Shown here: positions 22,204 to 32,844 of the stretch, piece by piece | How the letters are laid out: each line of letters begins with the position of its first letter | Position numbering within the stretch: position 1 is the first letter of the stretch | Assembly (NCBI RefSeq): GCF_964204645.1 | Contig: NC_134030.1 | Span: 15,376,110 to 15,440,109, forward strand | From: Tubulanus polymorphus | Taxonomy: Eukaryota > Animalia > Nemertea | Direction of reading: 5' to 3' | DNA: 64,000 bases | Translations under genes and position numbers: made by a program | The notes under the pieces: generated by a model | The model's input: only the letters and a program-made list of their open reading frames with translations | The model's database searches: none | What the model was told of the DNA's origin: nothing

Positions 22204-23451
22204 ATGAGTGGGAGTTATATAAGTCCTTCTAAGATTTCTAGAATATCTAATGCTATTAAAGCAGAAAGATCACATCATATTATTACTCATAATCCTTCAA
22301 ATATTAATCCCGATGAAACTTTATATGTTAGAATCCCTCGATTAACACAAAATACTTTTTATGTTCCAAATAGTATTTATTTATCAGCTGATATAAAAGT
22401 AATTGGTCATGATAATAATTATGTTGTTGATAATGTTGGAAGATATTTGATTAAAAAATTAACTATAAAGATTGGTCCAGAAACAGTTTTCTCATTAGAT
22501 GATTATAATTTATTTATGCATTATAAAGATTTATGGTTAACTAAAGAAAATAGAAATAATATGATATTTCAGGGTATTCAATCGGAAAACCATAATAAAT
22601 TAAGATCAGGAGCTAATGACGCAATAGTAACTCGTGCCACAGATAATTTGATTAAAAAGATTTATGGAAGCAAATATAAAATTCCATTAGATTTTGAATT
22701 GATAAAAAATAATGCACCTTTATATAAATACGCAATTCAAGAAGATATTATATTTGAGATAACATTTGCTCCTGTAAATGAAATTGTATTATCTAGCGTT
22801 GTTAAAGATATGGGTTATAAATTATCGAATATATGTTTAGAATATGACACAGTAACTAATGAAAATATTGCTAGCACAATTCAAACTCAATACAATCAAG
22901 GATTTTCATTATTATATGATTATATTGATAAATTTAAAACTGTAACTATTAATGCAAATGATGAAATCATTAATGAGAATATTAACTTCCCAAGAAGATC
23001 TATTAAAGGTATATTAATATTTTTTACCATTGCAACATATTCTAATGGCGCAATAAAGGTAGATAATTATTATAATCCTGAAATAACAAAAGTAGAAATA
23101 ACCATTGAAGGAATAGCAAATAAAATATTTTGTCAAGGAATGAGATTGATAGATCAGTGGCCAGAAATTAGAAAACATTTTATGAATGAAAAAGTAAAAT
23201 CATTTGAAAATTGTAATATTAATCAAATTGATTATTATACCGGCAATAAATATGCATTATGGTTAGATTTTAGAACAACAGAGGATAATTCATTACATGG
23301 TTCTGGGAAAAAACTACAGAACACTAAAGATGGAATACAATTATTCATGAAAAAGAAAAGAGGAGACAAAAATTTTAAAATGCATATTTATATTATATCT
23401 GATGCACAATTAAATATTGTAAATTCACAATTAGATAGTATTCAATATTAG
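22204..23451 (+). CDS. Double jelly-roll major capsid protein, intact 415 aa
   Basis: Size, position next to integrase/ATPase, and motifs ITHNPS, N.GR..IKKL, YKDLW, RSIKGILIFF, KYALWLDFRT...LHGSG, DAQLNI recognised from invertebrate Polinton MCPs. Confidence 0.82.
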   Translation: MSGSYISPSKISRISNAIKAERSHHIITHNPSNINPDETLYVRIPRLTQNTFYVPNSIYLSADIKVIGHDNNYVVDNVGRYLIKKLTIKIGPETVFSLDDYNLFMHYKDLWLTKENRNNMIFQGIQSENHNKLRSGANDAIVTRATDNLIKKIYGSKYKIPLDFELIKNNAPLYKYAIQEDIIFEITFAPVNEIVLSSVVKDMGYKLSNICLEYDTVTNENIASTIQTQYNQGFSLLYDYIDKFKTVTINANDEIINENINFPRRSIKGILIFFTIATYSNGAIKVDNYYNPEITKVEITIEGIANKIFCQGMRLIDQWPEIRKHFMNEKVKSFENCNINQIDYYTGNKYALWLDFRTTEDNSLHGSGKKLQNTKDGIQLFMKKKRGDKNFKMHIYIISDAQLNIVNSQLDSIQY

Positions 23452-23481
23452 AAATATAAAGTTAAAATTAAGGATATATAA

Positions 23482-24610
23482 ATGGGTGGTAAAAAAAACT
23501 CCTAATACTAAAGAACAATATTTAAGAAATTTATATTACAACCCTGAGAGTTCGGTTGCTTATTCTTCTACCAAAAATATATGGCGTCAAGTGAAACAAG
23601 ATAAATTAGATAAGATAATCCCACAAAATTTAGTTAAATATAAAGATATAAATGAATTTAAGTTAGAACAACCAACATACACAACACATAAAAAAATTGT
23701 TAGAAAATATAAAACTCGTAAAACTATGGTAAGTTATGTAGATCAACAGTGGCAAGGAGATTTAATTGATATGAAAAATGTTAAGAAAGATAATGATGAT
23801 TATTGGTGGTTATTGAATATAATTGATATTTCAGTCGTTATGTATGGAGTTTCCCACTTTATAGAAAAGATGCTGTACAAACATCAAATGTTTTAAGAAA
23901 ATTTCTTTCGGATGATAAACTAAAACCAGAAAAAAATACAATTTGATGATGGAAAAGAGTTTGATAATTCACTTGTTCATGAACTCTTAGGTAATCATAA
24001 TATTAAATATTTTTCAACAAAATCGGATAAAAAAGCAGCAGTTGTTGAACGATTTAATAGAACATTAAGAACAAGAATGTGGAAATATTTTACAGCAAAT
24101 AATACTTTTAAATGGATTGATGTTTTACCAAAATTGATAGAAGGATATGATAATTCTTATCATTCTTCTATTGGAATGAAACCTATTGATGCTAGAAAAC
24201 CTGAAAATGCTGAAATTGTTTGGAATAATTTATATGGTGCATTTCTTGTAGATGATTTTGGTGAACCTAAATTTAAAGTTGGTCAAAATGTTAGAATATC
24301 TAAGTATAAAAAGATATTTGACAAAGGATACGATCGAAATTTTACTAGGGAAATATATAAAATAAAAAAGGTAATAACAACAAAACCATATGTCTATAAA
24401 TTAGAAGATTTAGATGGTGAAGAAGTTGATGGCTACTTTTACGAAGAAGAATTAAGTTTAACTACTGAAAATCTAGAACAAGAATATAAAATTGAAAAAG
24501 TATTAAAAACAAAAACTATTAAAAGAAAAAAATATTCTTTAGTAAAATGGGTTGGATGGCCAGATAAATTTAATGAATGGATATTATCGAGTAAAATTAA
24601 AAATATATAA
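23482..24610 (+). pseudogene. Retroviral-like (c-)integrase with C-terminal chromodomain, frameshifted
   Basis: LYYNP, WQGDLIDM, QFDDGKEF, KAAVVERFNRTL, YDNSYHSSIGMKP, chromodomain YKIEKVL...LVKWVGWPDKFNEWI. Confidence 0.92.
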
Positions 24611-25214
24611 ATGAATAAGGAATTATTTATATTTGAGCCTCATAATATGTTAATATCTGGCGTAACAAATTTTGGAAAAACTTATTTTATATTAAATTTA
24701 TTAGAAACTGTTTATGAAAACTATTTTGATAATATAGTATTATTTTGCCCAACATATGAATTTAATCAAACTTATGATAGAAATATTACTAGAAATAATA
24801 AATTTATTATATTAGATCCTAAAACAGTAAAAGAAAATTTAGATAATTGTATAAAAATAGCAATTGATATTTATAAAGGATCAAATACATAATTTATCAT
24901 AGATGATTGCGCAAATTTACATGATTCAAAGAGAAAGTGAGTTATGTTATCTAGCTTTCTCTGGGAGACATTTTGGGATAACAACATGGGTTTTAAATCA
25001 AAAATATAATTCAATTGTTAAAGACTTTAGAGAAAACATTAGATTTCTAGTTTTATTCGACAATAAAGATAGAAAATCGATGAAAAATGCACTTGAGGAA
25101 AATGATATTATTCCACATGATTTACATAATGAATATATGGATAAGTTGAAAAATATTAAAAGATCAAAATTACTATTTAGATTACAACACCCATTTAAAT
25201 ATGAATTTATTTAA
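24611..25214 (+). pseudogene. A32/FtsK-HerA family DNA packaging ATPase, stop plus frameshift
   Basis: Walker A GVTNFGKT, Walker B FIIDDC just after the stop at 24890, SGRH arginine finger, LNQ motif. Confidence 0.88.
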
Positions 25215-25216
25215 AT

Positions 25217-25490
25217 TCAACTAGCTTGTTAATCTAGTTGAATTCTAGTTACATTCTAGTTGAATTCTAGTTATTGGTAGTTGTAACAAAAATCAACTAG
25301 ATTTAACAATATTTTAACTAGCTTGTTAATCTAGTTTAATTCTAGTTACATTCTAGTTGAATTCTAGTTGTTAGTAGTTGAAACAAAAATCAGCTAGATT
25401 TAACAAGAAATAAACAAAAACAACAATATTTCAACTAGCTTGTTAATCTAGTTGAATTCTAGTTACATTCTAGTTGAATTCTAGTTGCAA
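25217..25490. repeat. Intergenic CTAG-rich repeat x3 built from 11-bp subunits
   Basis: AACTAGCTTGTTAATCTAGTT(G/T)AATTCTAGTTACATTCTAGTTGAATTCTAGTT at 25219, 25316, 25433. Confidence 0.92.
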
Positions 25491-25518
25491 CATCACAACT
25501 AATTTTTTTGTTATATAA

Positions 25519-26053
25519 ATGGTAGGTGAAAAGAAAGTAAAAACTAAAAATGGTGATGTTCCAATTGAAAAAACTTAAGATGATTTAGGAATAACAGAAA
25601 CAAAATTAACTCCAGATGATGGTGCTTTAAATAATGTTACAACAAATAATAATTATGAATATTATCTTTATTGTAAACATCAATTAGAAATATTAATAGC
25701 ATCTGGAAAATGTAAAAATTTTGTCGGTAAAAATTTAACTTATAATGAATTAGATACAATGAAATCAGATGAAATTATTAGATTATTTAAGATTTATGAA
25801 GCCGCGAGAACAGCTAGAATTAATGACGCGATATCAGAAAATGTAGTAAAAGGTTATAGTAAATTATGTAATTATACTACCAATTGAAGATGAAAATAGA
25901 TTATATTCCGATTTAAAAATGATTATTTAGTTATGACTGAATTAAATAAATGGATTGGATATTTATCATTTCAATTAGGTGGATTTATGACATTATTATC
26001 AACTGGGGTTATAACATTTTCAAATATTGAAAGTAAAAATATTTCTATAATAA
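25519..26053 (+). pseudogene. Polinton ORF H, disrupted
   Basis: YEYYLYCKHQLEILI.SGKC matches 8081-8527. Confidence 0.65.
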
Positions 26054-26407
26054 ATGAGCGAGGTGGAAGAAGTGAAGAAAAAACCGAGATCACAGAAACA
26101 AATTGAATGGTCTCGGCAATTAGGAATTAAATCACAAGAATATGAAAAAGCTGTAAAAGAAAAAATAAGTAATAAAAATGTTAATAAAAATGGTGAAAAT
26201 ATTGTTATTTCTACTCCTTCTAATAATAGAATATTTGATAAATGTCTATATTTTACAGTTGGATTTGTAATTGTATTCATTTTGAGTGGGTGTAATTGGT
26301 ATAAGAAATCAAATAAAATTCATGATATTAATAATTCTGAAACAACTGCTATCAAAAATGAAAATAATTCTGAAATTCCAAAATTGACAATTAAAAAAAT
26401 GGATTAA
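26054..26407 (+). CDS. Polinton ORF I, single-TM protein
   Basis: Homolog of 7583-7927. Confidence 0.7.
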   Translation: MSEVEEVKKKPRSQKQIEWSRQLGIKSQEYEKAVKEKISNKNVNKNGENIVISTPSNNRIFDKCLYFTVGFVIVFILSGCNWYKKSNKIHDINNSETTAIKNENNSEIPKLTIKKMD

Positions 26408-26568
26408 TATTTTAGAAAAAAAGCAAAAAAATAATTTTTTTTTAATTAATTGAATATTAATTGAATATCTCACTACATTTGTCTATCTATGCGGAGCAAT
26501 TAAATTGTCCAGATAAGTTATTTCGGATTCTTAATATTCATTATTTTTATTAATTTATTTTTTTTAAA

Positions 26569-26865
26569 TTAATCAACAATTTCTAAATCATGATGGCCAT
26601 CTTCATGGCAATCTTTTAATTCCTCTGTACTCAATGAAACCCATTTATCAGGTAAAAATACTTTAAATTCTCGCGATGTACTAACATTACAGTAGCTTGA
26701 ATTAGCTGATACTTTCTCTCCATATTTAGTTTTTATCTTTTCTAATTTCAATATTTTATGTTCAATTTCTTTTGTAACATCAACTAACTTTTTTATTTCA
26801 AATTGTTTTTTTGCTGGTTTTATTCTGTTATTTATTGTTGCTAAGAATGCTTTTCTATCTCCCAT
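26569..26865 (-). CDS. 98-aa hypothetical protein starting inside the right TIR
   Basis: TAAATG start supplied by the TIR. Confidence 0.6.
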   Translation of the reverse strand: MGDRKAFLATINNRIKPAKKQFEIKKLVDVTKEIEHKILKLEKIKTKYGEKVSANSSYCNVSTSREFKVFLPDKWVSLSTEELKDCHEDGHHDLEIVD

Positions 26866-26950
26866 TTATTAGGAAAATAAATTACTTGTGGTGATGAGTG
26901 GTGTCTCGCCCTCTCGCCCTCTGATCTGAAACCCCACTTTTCCAATTACT
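26861..26950 (-). repeat. Right terminal inverted repeat
   Basis: Reverse complement of 10685-10766 with a short CTCGCCCT duplication. Confidence 0.93.
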
Positions 26951-27159
26951 TATATATGAATTATTTCAATCATACTTTACTAACACTTTTAATGTTTAAA
27001 AATCTAACTCGTACAAATATAAATATTGAAATAATGTTTAAAATATATCTATATATCTATTCTATAAGAGCTCGTTAATTACTGGTTACTTTTAGATCGA
27101 ATAATCTATCAATTTATATGTTATTCATGTAAATTATGTTTATTTATGAATATTTTAAG

Positions 27160-27352
27160 AGTAATAGGGGTAATGGGCTTTCAGGTTAAAGGTTGAGAGG
27201 TTGAGAAATTTTCCAAATGTGAAATAATAATAATTTCTACTTGAATTAGGAGTGTACGCGACTAATTCAAATAGAAATTATTGTTATTTTCACATTTGGA
27301 AAATTTCTCGACCGTTCGACCTTTGACCTGAAAGCCCATTACCCCTATTACT
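27160..27352. repeat. 193-bp fold-back made of two Polinton-TIR-like arms
   Basis: AGTAATAGGGGTAATGGGCTTTCAG...CTGAAAGCCCATTACCCCTATTACT; ~90-bp arms, 12-nt spacer. Confidence 0.9.
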
Positions 27353-27449
27353 CGCGTTAACTAAACATTTTTGAACAGAACGGTTGAAGATGAGTGTATA
27401 GATCAATAGAATGCATCATATTTTGAAATAAAATGAAAAAGTGTCAGTT

Positions 27450-29910
27450 ACCCTTTAAGTTTCCATATCCCGAAAAGGCAGTTAATGCCATGCTGGCCTT
27501 AGGGGAGTCGCTGTTTCAGATAGGGTCCTTCCAGGATACGTGTTTGATAGCGATGCATGGAGAGCTGGAGGCGGTCAAGGACTCGGTTTCACAGGATAAT
27601 CCCGATTTGGATCACATGGCAGATCGGATCGCTACTTTGGAGCGACTGCTGCAGGCTATGAGCCGGGCTGTCTGCCATCAGGCTCCTCTGGCTATTTGGC
27701 TTCAGGCAAATTTAGCCCTGTCGGTCAGGCATAGAATACCGGGAACTAGCGAATCTGATTTTTTATTAGATTATAAAGGCATACTAGAAAAAATAAATCA
27801 TGAAAGAAAAGATATAATCATTGGGATGGACCAAAACTTGGACCTCTTCAAAACTGAAACCCACAGAAACACTGCTAGATTCCTTGATTTGAACCTCTCC
27901 TATGAAGTAATAGTTATCAATAATTAACTGAAGTTATTCCTATCCAGAGAGGTGATGATAAATCCCAAGCAACTAACTACAGGCCTGTCTTACTTTTACC
28001 CGTAATATCTAAAATACTAGAAAAAATAGTTCACAACAGGCTATATAACTTTTTTATTACGAACAACTTACTCTACAGCAGCCAATATGGGTGCAGAGAA
28101 AATCATTCAACTGCTCAAGCAATACTTGAATTACGTGGAAATATAATTAGTAGCTTCGACAATGGTAATAATACAATTGTAGTCTTCCTTGATCTGTCTA
28201 AAGCGTTTGACTCGCTCGATATCCCAACGTTAATATACGAATTAGATAAGTATGGAATAAGAGGAATTCCATTGCAATGGTTGAAAAGTTACCTCAGTGA
28301 GAATGTTTGTAAAGGTCAACGGAATTAAATCAAATCCAGCTTAAGTCGAATACGGAATTCCTCAAGGCTCTATACTCGGACCACTGCTTATTCTCATATA
28401 TGTTAACGATACCCATCAAGTTTTAAAATCCTGTAAAAGTATATTATTCGCAGACGACACTAGCATATATATTATCGGAAAGAATCTTAACACTATTTTA
28501 AATCTTTTGAAAGATGACCTATCTACGCTGATCGATTGGTTCCACGCTAACAAATTAACAGTCAATTTCAAGAAAACTAATTGCATGATTTTTAGGCCCA
28601 GAAGTAAAAGTTTCCAAACAGATTTTAAATCTTCTGAAAGATGACCTATCTACGCTGATCGATTGGTTCCATGCTAACAAATTAACAGTCAATTTCAAGA
28701 AAACTAATTGCATGATTTTTAGGCCCAGAAGTAAAAGTTTCCAAACAGATATAGATCTCATATTCGGCACTGAGATCACTAAGATCAGTAAAACAGTGTA
28801 AATTTCTAGGAGTACTTATTGATGAAAATCTATTTTGTGAACAACAATTCAAACAAACCTGTTCAAAAATCAAAAGAAACTTGTATTTATTACGAAGAAT
28901 AAAAAAATTTATACCTGCTTGGAGTAAGAAACTGCTGTATTATGGCTATATACATACACATTTATCCTATGCAGTGACATCATGGGGCATTCTTCTCTCA
29001 TAAAAGCAAATAGACAACATTTTCAAATTGCTAAAAAGGGCAATCAGATATATCGATAACAGCCGCTATAATGCCCCCACATCACATTTACATTCAAATT
29101 TAGACCTCGCAAAAATTGGCTACAAATACTTCGAAGGAAAATTTCCCACGCCGATAAGAGCATTGTTCCAATATAACCAAGTAAACCACACACATAACAC
29201 AAGATCAAGAAATTTTCCACAATCTGCCCGTCACAAAACGAATATGTTCAATAAATTGTTTCTTAACAAAGTTCCAGTCTTTTGGCAAACAATCGATAAC
29301 ACAATCAGAAAATCTCCATCAATTCATTCATTCACCAGGCTCTACAAAAAACAGCTCATCAATAGATATTGAATATTCATCCCGTCCCCCTAAAATATTC
29401 TATCATGGTATGTTTATGTCATATAATAGTTATTGTAGTATTACCATTATATGTTGTATGTTGTCTTGAAAATAGCTTACCATAGATAAGCCCTATAATA
29501 TTGACATTTGTATCATTGTCATCATCCATTTCATAGTCACCGGGGCTCGTCCACTCTGTCCAGAGCTACATCCTTCAGGCTCTGGACGAGTCCTTCATAG
29601 TTCATTGTGGTATTTTGTAACTACCCGATTGATTAAGACATGTCTCTATAGGGCTCCATTAGGAACCTCGGATCGCTTATTCTCGGGATGAGGTTCGAAA
29701 GCCTTCGAGCATGTCCAAAAAATGGAGGAATCTAGGGCTAAGCCCAATTTCAGGATTCCGAAAAAGAGTGTATCCAACAATAATACCCAGCGAGTAGGCC
29801 TCCCTTCGACAGGGGAACTACCCAGGGCGCAGTTTAGGAGACCAGGCTGGTCTGGGTCCGACTCTAAGAATACAAAAGGGCAACGAATTCGGTCTCGTGG
29901 TAAAGGGAAA
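27450..29910 (+). pseudogene. GC-richer gag-like (possibly DIRS) fragment split by a LINE (pieces ~27450-27730 and ~29645-29910)
   Basis: Composition shift on both sides of the LINE; helical segment then basic RSRGKGKG tail; family call tentative. Confidence 0.3.
27730..29640 (+). mobile_element. Degraded CR1/L2-type non-LTR retrotransposon (ORF2 fragments plus 3' UTR)
   Basis: IIIGMDQNLDL (APE), ISKILEK, SQYG, FLDLSKAFD, GIPQGSILGPL, LFADDT, KFLGVLIDENL; internal 127-bp tandem duplication 28496-28750. Confidence 0.85.
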
Positions 29911-30014
29911 GGGTGTCGAATGACAAGTTTTTTAATCAATGCGAGAGACAATTGACTATTGGCGATTTGAAACATTCAGTACTATGGTTCCGTTTTAATG
30001 TTGATAAGTATTTT

Positions 30015-31050
30015 CTTAGTAGTACTATGTACATGTATGACAAAAATTGATAAATCAGGTGAAGTGGATTTTAGTAGTGTTCTGTTTCGTTCCGCAAATT
30101 ACAGTTACCCCCTAGTGAAACTGTATTTCCCGGAACGGAACGGAACGAAGAAAATTAAATTATGTTCATGTATCAAGTATTAATAATTATCAATAGTATT
30201 AATAAATCGTCATCATTTGTGGGTATGACAGCAAATAAAGACATTTCTGATCCGATTACATTTTTACTTAACATGTATTTCATAGACGTTGTCGACATGT
30301 CCGGTTTTTTCCGTCAATTAACGTTCTCTCTACTTGGTGCTTACGACTTTATTTCGTCAATATTAGATATATTATAATAATTTACTTGTAAAAACTGAAT
30401 TTCTTTCGTCACTTTCCATACATTAAATGGTACGTAGGTAAGCCGTAAGGCAAGAATGGTTAGGTTGATCACGTTGCAGATGTGGAAATTGGAAATATCC
30501 AAACTTGCATATTCTCTTTATTCGTATCAAAATCGCCGGCCCTCAAATAATAATAATAATAATAATTAGTGCTTATATAGCGCCTTTCCAATGAATGCTC
30601 AAAGCGCTGTCACTCAATTATTACCCAGCTTCTGTTACCAATCCAGTACATTCTTACTCTCCCTGGGGAGATGCAACACCGATACGCTGCAGAGCGATCA
30701 AGGCGTCGTCAGCCAGTAGCAATTGTGAATTAATGCCTTGCCTAAGGACACTACAGCACAGTCGGGGTTCGAACACACAACCTCCCGATTGGGGGGCGAG
30801 CACTCTACCACTAAGCCACACTGCTCCACAAAGATGCGAATTAAGTAGAGTTAGTGTAGAGTAGAGAGTTAAAAGTAGAGACTGTAATAAGAATTTCTGG
30901 TTCCGTTCCGTTCCGCAAATTACAGTTACCACCAGTGAAACTGTATTTCCCGGAACGGAACGGAACAAAGAAAATAAAATTATGTTAATGAATATTTACT
31001 TAGTAGTACTATGTATGATGACTAAAATAAATCATCATATGTAAAAATGG
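30015..31050. repeat. Two dispersed copies of a short repeat with GTTCC/GGAAC inverted ends
   Basis: GTTCCGCAAATTACAGTTACC.C.AGTGAAACTGTATTTCCCGGAACGGAACGGAAC at ~30089-30146 and ~30910-30966; flanking segments also shared. Confidence 0.65.
30546..30827 (-). mobile_element. tRNA-derived SINE
   Basis: A box TGGCTTAGTGG, B box GTTCGAACC, CORE-like GTGTCCTTAGGCAAGGCA, 3' GCGCTATATAAG and (ATT)n tail. Confidence 0.85.
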
Positions 31051-32844
31051 AAGTGGTTTTAATAAGTAGGGTTACGGACTTTGGAATTGGCCTTGCTGTA
31101 GCTTCTCACATTCTGCTGTCTGTACCAAAATTCTCAAACATTCACCTTTTGATGAGCGAAAACGGTAAGATGTAATATCCAATATCAATATCCCATATAT
31201 TGTCTCTAAAGCTATAATGTATGTACATGCAACAGATTCTCGAACAAAAATGCCGTGACAAGGTCCTGACGACACATGGTGAATGAAGCCTGGACGATCA
31301 TGACAATAAATATCAACGGTCCGTTTATCTAAGGAACGCTGTGGAAAGAAAGCAGTAGGCTGAATTCATCGAAAATATAGATGCACAACGGCCTGCAATT
31401 TGTCGAATCTAGCTCGATTTGCTTTTTGAAAATTACAGAGATTTTGTTAATAACCTGAAGAGCACTAATAGTAATGTAAAAATCACAAAAACGACCGATT
31501 CAATAGCAGAAAATGAGCTCTTTTAAATCTGAGTGAAAAATTGACTTCCACACAAAATTGCTAAAGTTTGCACTTATCCTCACCCCTGTCCATATCGGAC
31601 AAAAAAACAATTAGCTTTGCTCTGGCTTAACAAAAGTAACCTGAATGAACAATGTCCGTAGAGAACATGGAATGATAGCCCAAATTGTTATCCATTAGTT
31701 TTGTCAATGATCACCTCTCCCCTTGAAGATGCATATAGAAATCCACCCTTGTCCGTAAAATTCCGAAGTTCCCAAAGCGGCTGCCTTTTATGAACAGCCC
31801 AATGGCAAGATCCGAAAACTGCAGACCAATTGCTTCTAATCCAATAGACTTTCTTTAAAGGTCATTGGCACATTGATTTTTATAAATTGGGTTTATGTGC
31901 TTATATGGTCCATATGCATATTTCAAACATTTCTCAATAGTTTTTAAACTGATATTCAAAATGTTTATTAAAAAAAACACTTTTATTGATTCGTGATGAT
32001 CTGTGTTCGTTTCGCGGTCCCGACGATAGGGAGCGCTAGTATCGCATGAGCGAGTGACGTCATTTGATTCGGAAGTGCACACTCGTTCTACACTCGTTCT
32101 ACTATTATACGGTTATTTTATTCTTCTTTTGTTACGTTTTACGGCTTCATAATGGTTTATTGTGTCGCCGGGAATTGAAAGAAGCATTCCTATAGCGTTC
32201 CGAGCGTGGAATCGTTTCACACGTTTCCTAAAGATATAAATTTTTAGCAAGTTTGTGGACGAAAGCGTGTGGACGAGAGAATTCATGGAAGCCGACTCCA
32301 TATTCTCGACTGTGCTGCGAGCACTTCGACATAGAGTGTTTTATCGTTCCATCGACGATAGCCACTTCGATTGGCTATGTGCCTGGACAACGCAGGCTAA
32401 AACCGGGTTCTATACCGACGATTTTTACTAGGAATCCTATACCAGGTGGAATTCAGAAGCCGAAAAACAAAAGGAAAACAACGTCGAGAGCTAAACGTGA
32501 ACGCGCATCGGTAAGTGGGGAAAATTAACTTTCGTAATTCAATGAGTTTTTCCAGTTTCTTCTATTTACATTTGTCTCTAGTGATTCTATAACCCTTTTC
32601 AAAACAAATAACCCGTGAAAATAATCCGCAGTAGTCAGTCTGTTTGGAAATGATAGTGTGGGACTCGAACTCGATCGTAATACACAGCTGGAAAAACCCA
32701 CACTGCTAATTGGTTCCGGGTTATATTTACCGACGATTATTGCGAATCCACCGGGTTCTGTCGTAACAAACTACGTTTTTGTAGACTACACTACAGAAAC
32801 GGCCTGTTATATAGTGTTTATTGGTTACTGAAGAGGGTTTTACC

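Larger units (their letters stand above)
10685..26950 (+). mobile_element. Complete 16.27-kb Polinton/Maverick (polintovirus), partly pseudogenised
   Basis: 5'-AGTAATTGG...CCAATTACT-3' termini, TIRs, TATATA on both flanks (10679-10684, 26951-26956), pPolB + integrase + ATPase + MCP + penton. Confidence 0.95.

Noticed and set aside
25219-25316. Shared 97-bp period with the 9.6-9.97 kb repeat
   Set aside because: Sequences are unrelated and the next spacing is 117 bp; likely coincidence.
1-26950. Bacteriophage/prophage or free giant-virus contig
   Set aside because: No Shine-Dalgarno pattern; chromo-integrase, TIRs and 6-bp TSD fit a Polinton; flanked by spliceosomal-intron transposons, LINEs and a SINE.
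30755-30827. tRNA gene
   Set aside because: Has A/B boxes but continues into a SINE core and (ATT)n tail; acceptor stem incomplete.
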